DNA of 63,797 bases from Dendrobates tinctorius. Lineage: Eukaryota. How positions within the stretch are numbered: the first letter of the stretch is position 1; each line of letters begins with the position of its first letter. The DNA lies in contig NW_027361898.1 of the NCBI RefSeq assembly GCF_039654945.1, forward strand, positions 1,178,204 to 1,242,000. Direction: 5' to 3'. Below, piece by piece: positions 37,402 through 49,191 of this stretch. The translations under genes were made by a program, and so were the position numbers. The notes under the pieces were generated by a model. The model did no database searches and was not told the DNA's origin. It saw only the letters and a list, made by a program, of their open reading frames with translations.

Positions 37402-38602
37402 GCTACCAATCTCTGTAATTCTCTCCGTGGTGCTGTCATGGGTGAGAGAGAATAGCTTAGTTACTCACCGATAACGGTGTTTCTCGGAACCCATGACAGC
37501 ACCCGCTTATTCCCCTCCCCTTCACGAGTATGGTGAGCACGTTTTACTGTTAGTAGAGTGTTTCCGTTTAGGCACGGTGCTTTGATAAGTAAGCAGTATT
37601 ATAATATTGTGTATATATTTCTGTTGTCTAACCTGGAGACCCTCTGATGCTCTGTAACCAACTGAAGGCGGAGGAGAGGTACCGCCCTTTTTCTGTAGGT
37701 TCCTGTCCCTGAAGGGCGGATCCCCTCTCTCCGTGGTGCTGTCATGGGTTCCGAGAAACACCGTTATCGGTGAGTAACTAAGCTATTCTCGACCTACAAA
37801 ACGGGAAAAGAAAATTAAAGAAACAAGAAATTAAGAAAAACAAAACTAAAAACGAAAAGGAACAAGATTACCATAATTACACCAGCACCCCCTTAAAATA
37901 ATAAATAAAATCATGTTAAACCCCCGATCCAGCTCCATTCTCACTATTATATACAACCTTGAACTACATTTACACCGTCCTATATACAATATTATATACA
38001 CTATATACAATATAACCATATGGCACCAGTCCGAATATTGTACATGACACCAGAACACACCTAATACCCTCTGGTCTCACTGCCTTACCTCAGCCTCCCC
38101 CTTACACCGCCACATTCACACGACAAACCTAATTACAAACATAGTATACAAAATTAACAAATTAATATATATATTTTTTTTTTCCATTTTTTTTTTTTTA
38201 TACTATATATAAAACACACATCTACTCTAACTATCCCACCACCTCTGATCCAGCTCTGGCCACAAAGTTCGGGATTTCTCCGAGCTAGGATCAGGCCCCA
38301 AAGTTTTTCCCCAGGCAGGGCATGGACCAGGCCAGATCAGTCTCTTATCACCGCTGTTGAAACCCCCAATCCCCACACCCAACCTAACTAAGACCCTCTA
38401 TTATACACAATATATACAATACATACATTACACTATATACAATATATACATAAACCAACGTTACAGAACATAACCTACGTACTCACCACTTAAGGCTCAA
38501 GTTCGATGCTTGCAAACGTTCTATTCAGGAGACTGAAATTCAAAACAAAACTCTAGAGTGAAAAGGCATCAGCCCACCATCAGGATTTGGAGTACTAACG
38601 GA

Positions 38603-41600
38603 CTAAGGCACCCCGAAGGAGAAACCCCTCCGGAGATGGGCCGCCCTCCGGGCACCCAGTCTTTCATACTCCAGAGAACGGACCTTCACCAGGGCACCTA
38701 GGATGCTGCTATAAACTTCGTCTACACGGAGGATTTTACTCTGCGTCGAAACTAAAACTCGTGCGTTCCACGTGAAGTACCTGACCACTGCGCTGACTAT
38801 AAATAAAGTGACTCTGTTCCTTCTCCCGAGGTCTCCGAACGCTCCATAGGCCCACTCTGCATAGGACAGAGTAGCCAGCCGCGGCCAACCAATGGAAGCT
38901 CCCACCCTGTTGTACATCTCTGTATTAAAGGGACAATGAAGCAGGAAGTGCTCCATGCTTTCCAGCATGTTGGCACAAGCCTCACGGGGGCAATTCCTGT
39001 CCTCGGAGCTCCTGTACTTTAGATTGTCCCTCACATCCAACTTACCTTGGAAGCAGCGCCAAGTCAAGTCCCAGTACTTCTTGGGGATCCTATTAAAATT
39101 TAACAAACTCAACCCAACCTCTAGATCCCGACTTGGGCAGTCCTTGAGTACCAATGGACTCTGAAAATGCGAAAGCAAGACCCGCATGTCGAGGAGTTTC
39201 CTCGGGAGGGACCTCACCTCCCACATTCCCAGACCCCACCGGCGCATCATCTTCAAAACCAGGGTAACATAAGCCGGGAGATGCCCATGCGGTGTGCGAA
39301 GATCCTTCAATCTTCCCCCTGTCTCCCACTCCTGGAAGAAAGGCTGAAACCAGGAGAATACCCATGGAGGAGCCCTCTGGTTTGCCACGTTGACCTTCAA
39401 AAAGGTGTTCACTAGGAACACCACGGGGTTCTCCATATTCAACCCCCCTAGTCTCCTCGTGCGGTAAGTGACCTCCCGCTTGACTAGGTTCAGTCTATTC
39501 CCCCATAACATCTGAAAGAACAGACTGTAGACCCGAGTCCAGAGAGGCTCTGGCAAGACACAGACGCTGCCCAGGTAGATTAGTAAGGGGAGCAGGAAAG
39601 CCTTGCACAGGCCAACCCTTTCCCTCAGGGTCAAAGACCAACCCTTCCATTGGTCCACTCTTTGAGCGACACCTTTGATTCTGCCTTCCCAGTTTTTCGT
39701 GGGGTAATCACCCTGGCCAAATTCGATGCTTAGGACTTTGGCGTGTTCTTGGGGTTCGGGGAGGGTGTCCGGAAGATCAAACCCGGGATCCCCGCCTCCC
39801 AGCCAGAGACGCTCTCACTTGTCCTGGTTGACCTTGGACCCGGAAGCCTCCGAGTAGCTCTCCACTTCTGAAATCACCACCATCGCCTCCTCTCGCAAAG
39901 AAACAAAAACGGTGACATCGTCCGCGTAGGCCACTACCCTCAGGATAGCCTCTGGCGTTTCCCCGCCCATCCTCGCCCCCGCCAACGGTCCACACTCGAC
40001 CCTTCTGAGGAAGGGATCGATCGCAAACGCGTAAAGCAAAGGGCTAAGAGGGCAGCCCTGACGGACACCAGATCCTACCCCGAAAGGTTGTCCAATCCAC
40101 CCATTTACCAGAGGGAAAGTCTCAGCCCCAGCGTATAAGGTCTTAAGCCAGTCCACAAACCCACCAGGCAGACCGTACCTCAAGAGTGGACCAGAGGTAC
40201 TCGTGGTCATCCCGATCAAAAGCCTTTGCCTGATGCAGGGTCAGCAGGAACCCCTTCCAAAGACCCGCCCTGCTTTGCTCCACGGCCTCTCGGACACCCA
40301 GAACAGCACTGAAAGTGCTACGGCAAGGAGCGCAACAGTTCTGAGCCTCCGAAAGGAGCCGCGGCGCAAACTTCACCAGCCTGTTGAAAAGTATCTTAGC
40401 CAAAACCTTCCTGTCCACATTGAGAAGTGCTATGGGACGCCAATTCTCAATGCGTGACGGATCCTTTACCCTTTGACAAAATGATCAAAGCTGACCTCCT
40501 TAATGATCTCGGCAGGGTGCCCGAGGAGAGACACTCATTAAACACCTGAGTCAAGAGGGGGACCAAGGAGTCCCTAAAGGTCCTAAAGAACTCTGATGTT
40601 AAGCCGTCGGGACCTGGTGATTTTTTTGGGCCTGAGCCCATCGATCGCCAATCTTACTTCCTCTTCTTCGATCGCTTCTGCCAAAACGTCCAGCGAGAGG
40701 TCAGCCTCTGGCTCCGGATCAGCTTCAGCCAGGAAAGCCGACATCCTGTCACGATCCAGTTCCCTCCTTCCCAAGTGGTGTGAGTAGTATGAACTGACGA
40801 CCTCCAAGATCCCTGATCTGGACCTCTTCAAGGATCCCGTACTGTCCATCCGCCCTGTCACTATCTTACTATTCACTGACATCTTGCAGCTTCTGTAAGG
40901 GTTGGGAGAGTAGTACTTCCCGTAGTCCCTCTCAAAAACCGAAGATGCGTGCCTATCGTACTGACAACTCTTCAGCAAGGACTTCACACCGGAGATCTCT
41001 TGACTACCTCTAGTCGAGACAAGATGCTCGAGTCTCCTCCTCAGGCTCTAATACAGGCGATCCCTGTTCAGGCTTCTGAGGTTCGAGAGTTGCCGGAAGA
41101 ATTTCACCACCCGATGTTTGAACATCTCCCACCACTCTGACTTAATGTTACTTAGGCCCAGCAGCGGTACCTGGCTCTGAAGAAAATCCTCAAAGGACCG
41201 TCTTACAGCTTCTTCCTCAAGGAGTGACAAATTCAGCTTCCAATAACCTTCCCATCCTAGGAGTCTCTGTGACGTTCAGAGAAAACAATCAAACAGTGGT
41301 CGGAGAACTACACCTCCACAACCGACAACGGCGAGGAGACGGCTTCCTCCTTCAAATAAAACCTATCTATCCTAGACCTGCACTGACTACCACTAAGGCT
41401 TGTTTCACACTAGCGTTTATTCGACGCAGCGCACGGCGACGCTAAGCCCCGCCCCCTGCGGGCTCCCTGCCCGCCCCACCCGGTCATCGCCGCCTACTAT
41501 CGCACATGGACGCTTTCGATCTGCGCACCCTATCTTTAGCATAGGGTGCGCTGGCCGTACGCTAGTAGGATTTTGGCGTGCGCTGCGTTCTTTTGAAGGT

Positions 41601-42322
41601 GCGCCGAAATGCAACATGCTGCGTTTGGCGTGCACGGGCGCACTTTCAAAAGTGCACAGCGCACGCCAAAATCCTACTAGCGCACGGCCAGCGCACGATC
41701 TGCGCACCCTATGCTAAAGATAAGGTGCGTAGATCGCAAGCGTCCATGTGCGATAGTAGGCGGTGATGACCGGATGGGGCGGGCAAGGAGCCGGCAGGGG
41801 GCGGGGCTTAGCGGCGCCGTGCGCTGCGTCGAATAAACGCTAGTGTGAAACTAGCCTTAAAAAGGTGAATCCCGTGTTGCCTGTGTTGTGCCGGATGTGG
41901 ACATCCACTAGGCGTGCCTCACTTACTATCCTGTTTAGCGCGACGCAATCATAAGTCAGCCGGTCCCCAGAACCTCCTCTATCACAGGGTCTCGTGACGT
42001 TGTTGAAATGCCCTCGAAAGACCACCTGCCGACTTAAAAATAAGAAAGGTTTGATCTTCATGAAGAGACATTTGCGGTCCCACTTGGATTGGGGACCGTA
42101 GATGTTAATGAGCCGAAGCTCCTGTCCCCCCATGGAGACATCTAGGATCAAGCATCTCCCCATTTCTAATTCAATTAATCGTCTGCATTCAACCGCTGCG
42201 GTCTTAAAAAGGACCGCCACCCCGCTATACGGCTCGGCCGCAAGAGACCAGTAGGAGGGCCCATGCCTCCACTCCCTCCCATTAATGGTTGCCAGCGTCA
42301 ACGGTGTGGGTGCCGCTATCAT
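38603..42322 (-). pseudogene. LINE copy B ORF2 (APE + RT), disrupted
   Basis: SPGPDGL, QAKAFD, GVRQGCPLSP, AYADDV, CPREAC..EHFLLHC; deletion and MITE in the endonuclease. Confidence 0.9.
41397..41856. mobile_element. 460-bp near-perfect palindromic MITE in the LINE B endonuclease
   Basis: taa-GGCTTGTTTCACACTAGCGTTTATTCGACG...CGTCGAATAAACGCTAGTGTGAAACTAGCC-tta; absent from copy A. Confidence 0.93.
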
Positions 42323-42333
42323 GATTGATTGGA

Positions 42334-45300
42334 TTAGATGGCCTTTTTGTTCCCACCCCCAACAGCTTCACCCTCTTCCTCAGACAATGATGAGCTTTTA
42401 GTGCGCTTAAGACACACAGACACATCCATTCTCTCCTTACATACACTCTGGCCCTTTTCTGGTGGTCCTGAGGTAGTCCCCCCCCCCCCCCCCAGAGGGC
42501 CCTTTAATTGCTCCCTGAGAAGAAGACTCAGCGACCCCCTGAGCCCCAACACCTTGTCCGCAACCTCCGGCTCCGGGCTCCCGTCCTCCCCCTCTGCAGG
42601 GGAGTCCTGGAGGGCCCCGAACCGGTTGGAGAGATCCACCAGAGGGGGGGCGGTTGGACCTTCCAATGGCACCTGGATCAGGGCTAGAGAATCAGAGGGG
42701 TCGCACTCCAGAGCGGAGGCTCGAGACCCGGGCCCACTCCTACCCTTGGTTGTTTTCCTGTTACCCTTTTTCCTTTGTTGTGACCATTCCCCCCCTCCCT
42801 CATCCAGACTGTCACCGGATGAGGGTTCCTGGAAGGACATGGTGTCCGCCTGCTCCTCCCTTTCAAGTCTCCTGACTTCCTCACTCAATTCGCTGTCTTT
42901 AGGATCCTCAGCTGCAAGTGAGGTACACGGGTCAGGGTTTAGGGTCATTACTCCCTGCCCCCTGTTCCCATGGCGTTGCTCCTGCCGCCTGATGTTGGAT
43001 GGCGGCAGCTTGCTCCTCACCGGTTCCCTGCCTCCTCCTCCCCTACTGGTCCCTTCACCGGCAAGATTAGTCCCGGCTTTCGCCTGTCCCGCACTCGCCG
43101 CTTTCAGGACTGCATTGGCAAAGGAATGCGGACAGCGACTGAATGGATGACCGAGGTCACCACACAAGTTACACCTCATCCTGCCACAGGTAGCAGCGAG
43201 ATGGCCAAGGTCCCCACACAGTGCGCATTTCTGGGTGGTACACTGCGCACTTAAGTGTGTTGGGCAGCCGTACCTGTGACAGACCTTTGGCTGCCCCTGG
43301 TAGAAAATCAGGATCCTGTCCCTCCCCAAAAATGTAGAGGAAGGTATATCGGTAAGTGTTTCTTGAAACCTTCAATTTCACCATGAAGGTCCAGGCCCCT
43401 GACCAGATACCATGGTCGTTGCGGGTCTTCTCACGAATGCCGACGATGTCGCCATATCGACCAATCCAGGTGGAGATATCCATGCAGGAAAGTGACTCGT
43501 TACTGGTCAAAATGGTCACCATCCTGACCGAGTTCTGGCGGGATATTGCGACAGGAACGAAAGCTTGCCATTCGGGGCGACCCCGAGCCAGCTTAGGGCG
43601 AGACCAAAAAAGCTCAAGGCCCTCCGGTCTCACGAAGCTGACATCGAAATAGGAGGTCCCATAGGGATGGATCAATGCAAAGATGTCATATGCCGCGAAG
43701 CCCATCCCCAGCAGGAGCTCAGCAACCTTTGACCGATCAGGACAGTCATCCTTGCTTACCCACTGGAGACGGTCCACGTTCCTACGGTTACTCCTCTGCC
43801 CCGGTGTCGGCAGAGACCAGACAGTCTCTGCCCCTCTATCTCGGAAGGCGGGAAGACCGTGTCTCTCTATCCAGAGAGACAGATCAACCTCCCTCCCCTC
43901 TACATTGATTGAACTTTCCCCTTTCTTCAGGGCGTCCAGGAAGCGCTGCTGCAAGTCACCGTCCTCGGGGCCACCAGACAAGGGCGCACTACTACCCCCA
44001 GCAGTGACAGCCCCCGAATAGCTAGGGGCTGAAGCCCTCGCCACCGCTGGGGGGCCAGTGGGACCACTACCTACTTCCCCTCCACCAACACCAGTGCTGC
44101 TCTCCTCATTCACTCCACCAATACTCCCATCATTTGCGGCACCACAACTCCCATTATTCACTCCACTACTACTCCCTTCATTCACCCCATTACCACTGTT
44201 CTCTGCACCTTCCACAGTCACATCCATTCCCTCCTCCCTTGTGTCTGCAGTCTCTGCACACACACCTGCACATTGTGCAGTTCTTTTGGAGCACTGTGCC
44301 CCTTATTGTCCTGGCCAGAATGTTTCTGAGCTGTCTGCCCTGTAGCCACAGACTTCGGGGTGCTGGTATCACGTTTAGGGGCATGCTGTCCCCCCCCCCC
44401 CGTCACGGCGGAGCGCACAGTGTTCCTTGCTGATGATGATCCCTGCTTTTGCTGTGTATTTTTTTTTCCTGTGGCTCTGTCTCAGCTGCGCGCCTCCTTT
44501 CCTCTGTTGAGGCGCACTGCGCCCCCGTCACAACAGTGCGCCCCCCTTTCGCCGCACCATGCTCCTCGGCCCAGCCCCCCTCGGCCCCAGCGTCGGCCGG
44601 CTCAGCTGCAGTGAGCAGGGATGGAGTCTGCCCACACTGTCCCCCTTTCGCAGCGGCGTGGACATCCCCCCCCCCCCCCCCCCCCGCTCTCCTCGGCCCC
44701 GGTGATAACCGGCTTAGCCGCAGCAGGCAGGGAGGGAAACTCCACGGGGTCCCCTATGTCCGGCGCCGTGAGTACCTCCACAGCCTCACCCCCTGCACTG
44801 TTCCCCGCACAGACGGCAGCATTGTCGGACGTCCTCCTCCTCTCCCCACCTTCCTTATGCCCCGGACCCACTGCAGAGCCCGTGCTTTTAGGTTTGGTGG
44901 GGTTTACACAGTAGGTGGTAGGTGTAACATCAGACATTGGTACATATTTGTAACTCACCACCTCCTGTGTCGTCTTCTTTGTCTTCCTCCTCTTTTTGGT
45001 ATCCTCTGCTGGCTCATCCTCCTCGAAGGAGAATCTGGTCAGATCTACAGGAGACTCCAGCTCTCTGATCTCCCTCAACAGGCCGCACTCCTCCTCTTCC
45101 TCCGCTGACACTCCAGCATGGGTTATCGGAGTCCTCTGCCGTGCCGGGAGGCCGCTTCCTTGTTGACTCTGCGATTATTTCTCCCGGATTGTTCCAGCAC
45201 GTGGGACTCCAGCCACGACTTCGTCGTCCTCGCTTAGGACGCCGGCTGGCAGTTCTCCCGAGGTATTTAACCCCTTCATTTCTGAGAACCGCCACTGGTT

Positions 45301-45767
45301 CTTAAACCTCTCCAGGAAGGGACCTGCGCTTTTCTCAATCCCCTCTCGGAGGAGCACTAACCGGACCATCTCATCTCTGAGGTCTTTAAACCTCTGGGAG
45401 GTCGCGGGTCTTTCCTTGTTAGAGGCACGGGTGTTCAGGATCCGTGCCTCCCGCAGCTGCTCCTTCAGCTCGGTCAGTGCTTTGCCGGCGTCCTCGTACT
45501 CTCGCAACATGGCGATCACTCGGGAGGAGAAGGAGCTCGTTGACTCGCTGGAGGTCATCTCGCCCCATGATGTTGCTGGGCTCTTCTTCCTGGGGCCTGG
45601 GGTGCCCCTGTCTCACTCTCTGGGCGGACGATGAGCTGTCTCGCGGTGGAGTAGGTGGGTACAGTCTTTCTCATCCGACCAGATTTCCTCACGCCCTCCT
45701 GGGCCGGTTGCTGCTGCTCTCTGTCCCCCGCCGGCACAGAGCGGGGAACAGAATCCTGAGAAGCCAT
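42334..45767 (-). pseudogene. LINE copy B ORF1 (long; coiled-coil, low-complexity, ZCCHC3-like, zinc knuckles), disrupted
   Basis: Consecutive minus-strand ORF fragments from MASQDSVPRS to ...GGGNKKAI*. Confidence 0.8.
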
Positions 45768-45881
45768 GCCTAGCTCCAAGGAAGCCTGCCTCTTCCTGGG
45801 GAGAAGAGAGGCAGACTCTGGGCCTCCTCCTGGAAATCCTGGAGCTCATAAGACAGGTGCTGCTCTCAGCAGGGTGTGACT

Positions 45882-45928
45882 GATTGTGGGCACCTGTCCT
45901 ACAGTCTCCTCAGTAATGGCTGATAACA
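45882..45928. repeat. Partial 62-bp minisatellite unit flanking the LINE B 5' end
   Basis: GATTGTGGGCACCTGTCCTACAGTCTCCTCAGTAATGGCTGATAACA. Confidence 0.85.
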
Positions 45929-46542
45929 CAGCCTTCCCGCCTCTCTCCACGCTCTCGTTCCCAGTAATCCTTTGCGAAAATGCCCGCGATGTCGTCCGTT
46001 CTCTCGGGATCGCGACGTCTCGCGGTCATTCGCGATGACATCGCGCGAATGACCGCGAGACGTCGCTATCCCGCGAGAATGGACGTCATCGCGGGCATTT
46101 TCGCAAAGGATTACTGGGAACGAGAGCATGGAGAGAGGCGGGAAGGCTGCGTGGGACGTCGAAAGGTAAGAATAACACCATTTTTTATTTTAAATTCTAT
46201 TTTTTACATGGATATGGTACCCAAAGACAGTCTCCTCTCCTCCGGACCATGGGTACCATCCGCAATTGTTCTGCTTACTTTTCGCATGGTGTGCACAGCC
46301 ACATGCGGGAAGTAAGCGGAACAATGCATTCCTATGAGTGCGGGATCGCCGCGGTTCCGCAAAATTAATGAGCATGCTGCGTTTTTTTACCGTGAAGCGA
46401 TTCCGCCGCGGTAAAAACCGCAGCATTAGCACAGCATTGCGGAATCCCATAGGAATGCATGGGATGCTTATTTTTCGCGGCAAAATCGCGCGGTTAAACC
46501 CGCAGCGGAAATGTGAAAAAAACGCCACGTGTGACCTCAGCC
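45929..46542. mobile_element. Left-truncated MITE with a 221-bp central palindrome
   Basis: 45929-46149 is self-complementary; right end CACGTGTGACCTCAGCC-tta. Confidence 0.75.
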
Positions 46543-46941
46543 TTACCGCTTTGACCTTTCTTACGGTCTTCTCCGAGCTCGGTCCTTTGTAGCATCATTA
46601 TGAGTGCAGGGTTTCGGCCCTATTAGATGATATGACGTAGTATACACTCACTTTCCTTTCATTTTCATGGGGCAATACAGACGCTCAGTCTTGTATATTC
46701 TCAACCATATGTCATCAATGTCCTTTCTGGGAGTTTGATTATAATGACATAATTCCTTCAGCGGCCCTCAGGTCGCTGTATGGGCCGGCGATGTTACATT
46801 TATGTAATCACCCCCGAGTTTCCACCTTTCACAGTGGCTGATGCCCAAATCTCCCAGGAGCAGATACAGCTCCACATCCATCACCAGCCGGGCACTGCAC
46901 CACCGCCACATGGTGACATCACAAGAAATATGGGACATTAA

Positions 46942-47343
46942 AGGGAATCTGTCAGCAGGTTTTTGCTGTCCCATCTGAGAGCAGACAATATAGATAAAGA
47001 GAAGCTGAATCCAGCGATGTATCACTTAGATTACTGGGTGCAGCCGTTCTGACCAAATCAGAGCTTTGAGATTTAGAATGAAGTGGAGCAGACCCCGCCC
47101 ACACCACAGCGGACCCACGCCCACATCGATCTCTGTGTACAAAATTAAATGGTGAGGTGCCTATCACTGGAGGGGGCTTTGCTGCATTAGTGTAGTCCCC
47201 AATGGTAATCTCTTAGTGATTAAATCCTTCAGTTAGTAAACCGTTCACACTTCAACATGTAACACATCCCTGAGTTCTGTGTTTCAGCCTCTACCTCCTG
47301 CTGTCTTTAGATTACATAGCAAAAACCTTCTAGCAGATTCCCT
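46942..47343. mobile_element. T2/Kolobok-type MITE
   Basis: TTAA|AGGGAATCTG...CAGATTCCCT|TTAA. Confidence 0.88.
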
Positions 47344-47399
47344 TTAACCTTTACATTCTGAGACAATAATGGTAATCCCTGGTGATCGACTGATAGAGA

Positions 47400-48362
47400 T
47401 TCCACCAGTAGAATAGTGAGCGCAGCTCTGGAATATAATACAGGATTTAACTCAGGATCAGTACAGGATAAGTAATGTAATGTATGTACTCAGTGACTGC
47501 ACCAGCAGGATAGTGAGTGCAGCTCTGGGGTATAATACAGGATGTAACTCAGGATTAGTACAGGATAAATAATGTATGTACACAGTGACTCCACCCGCAG
47601 AAGTGAGTGCAGCTCTGGGGTACAATACAGGATGTAACTCAGGATCAGTGCCAGATAAGTAATGTAATGTATGTACACAGTGACTTCAGCAGAATAGTGA
47701 GTGCAGCTCTGGGGTATAATACAGGATTTAACTCAGGATCAGTACAGGATCAGTACACAGTGATTGCACCAGCAGAATAGTGAGTGCAGCTCTGTAGTAT
47801 AATACAGGATGTAACTCAGGAACAGTAATGTAATGTATGTACAGTGACTGCACCAGCAGAATAGTGAGTGCATGTCTGGAGTATAATACAGGAGGTAACT
47901 CAGGATCAGTACAGGATAAGTAATGCAATGTACAATATATACACTGACTCCACCAGCAGAATAGTGAGGGCAGCTCTGGGGTATAATACACAATGTAACT
48001 CAGGATCAGTGAATAGTGAGTGCAGCTCAGAAGTATAATACACAATGTAACTCAGGATCAGTGCAGGATAAGTAATGTATGTACACAGTGACTGCACCAG
48101 CAGAATAGTGAGTGCAGCTCTGCGGTATAATACAGGATGTAACTCAGGATCAGTACAGGGTCAGTAATGTATGTACACAGTGACTGCACCAGCAGAATAG
48201 CGAGTGCAGCTCTGGAGAATAATACAGGATGTAACTCAGGATCAGTACAGGATAAGTAATGTAATCTATGTACACAGTGACTCCACTAGTAGAATAGTGA
48301 GTGAAGCTCTGGAGTATAATAGAGGATGTAACTCGGGATCAGCACAGGATAATAGTGTAATG
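47400..48362 (-). repeat. Minisatellite, same family as abl1 intron 5, opposite strand (left part)
   Basis: CAGTGACTGCACCAGCAGAATAGTGAGTGCAGCTCTGG...GGATGTAACTCAGGATCAGT units. Confidence 0.93.
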
Positions 48363-49191
48363 TGTTTTGAGCTCATTTTCTCCACCTTTGATGTCCGATG
48401 AATTCCCTCTGCTGGTGAAAGGAGGTAGTGAAATTGATTTGGATGGGAAAAACCTGTCATCTGAACAGGTGGAGTGTGATTGGACATCCGGAATCTCTGA
48501 GTGGATATAAGGCTGCCGACGCCCTGCTGGGTTGCTGGTGATCCTCTCTGCTCTGAGCTGTGGCCTCCAGTTTAGTCCTGTCTACTAAAGCTAAGTTTTT
48601 GCTCTGCTATTGTTCCATGAGATTTTGTCTGGTTTACTTAGTGTTTTTGTTCAGCCAGCCCTGGTTGGGACTGGCTGAACTCCATTTTTGTCTCTGATCA
48701 GTTGATCTCTTTGCTCTGTTTTCAGAATATACCTGAGTGCTGATATAGTGATTTTGAAGTCTAGTGACTTCAGGGCCTTTTCTATCAGACGTGTTGGACA
48801 TTTTTTTTGGCAGGGTTTTTGTGTGATTGCAGACAGTTGCTTTTCTTTCCTGTCCTATCTAGTTAGTGAGGGCCCCATCGTTTGCTCAGCCTGTCTTTCT
48901 GTTTGTGTTTGTGTTTTCATCTGTTTTCACCGTCAATACATGTTGGGGGCTGTCTATTGCTTTGGGGTCTGCTCTGGGGCAGTTTAGATTTCCCCTTTCT
49001 TTCTTTAGGTTTATTTAGTTCTCCGGCTGTGAACGAGGTGTCTAGAACCACCGTAGGAACACCCCACGGCTACTGTTAGTTGTTGTGAATAGGATCAGGG
49101 GTCTGCAATCCCCTAGCTAACAACCTCTCCGGTTTTCTGGACTTATGCTTGTATTTTTGTTTTTTCCTCCTCCGGTGACTCATTCATAACA
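48363..49191. mobile_element. Probable solo LTR inserted in the minisatellite
   Basis: Termini TGTTTTGA...TCATAACA (TG..CA, inverted); GTAATG on both flanks (also a satellite motif, so a weak TSD); TATAA near 48505; no coding capacity. Confidence 0.6.

Larger units (their letters stand above)
32551..37790 (+). mobile_element. DIRS retrotransposon, copy 2 (different family, both termini intact), nested in the LINE B 3' UTR
   Basis: ~88-bp ITRs 32559-32646 / 37658-37746; ICR 37421-37502 matches the joined ends; removing the element restores TTC|GACCTACAAA seen in copy A. Confidence 0.95.
32404..45881 (-). mobile_element. Tx1/L1-clade non-LTR retrotransposon, copy B (full length, decayed; nested DIRS and MITE)
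   Basis: Same 3' junction (GATTGTAG|GTCTTTTTTATTATAAAA) and 5' terminus (CAGGGTGTGACT|GATTGT) as copy A; AYADDV RT motif. Confidence 0.93.
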
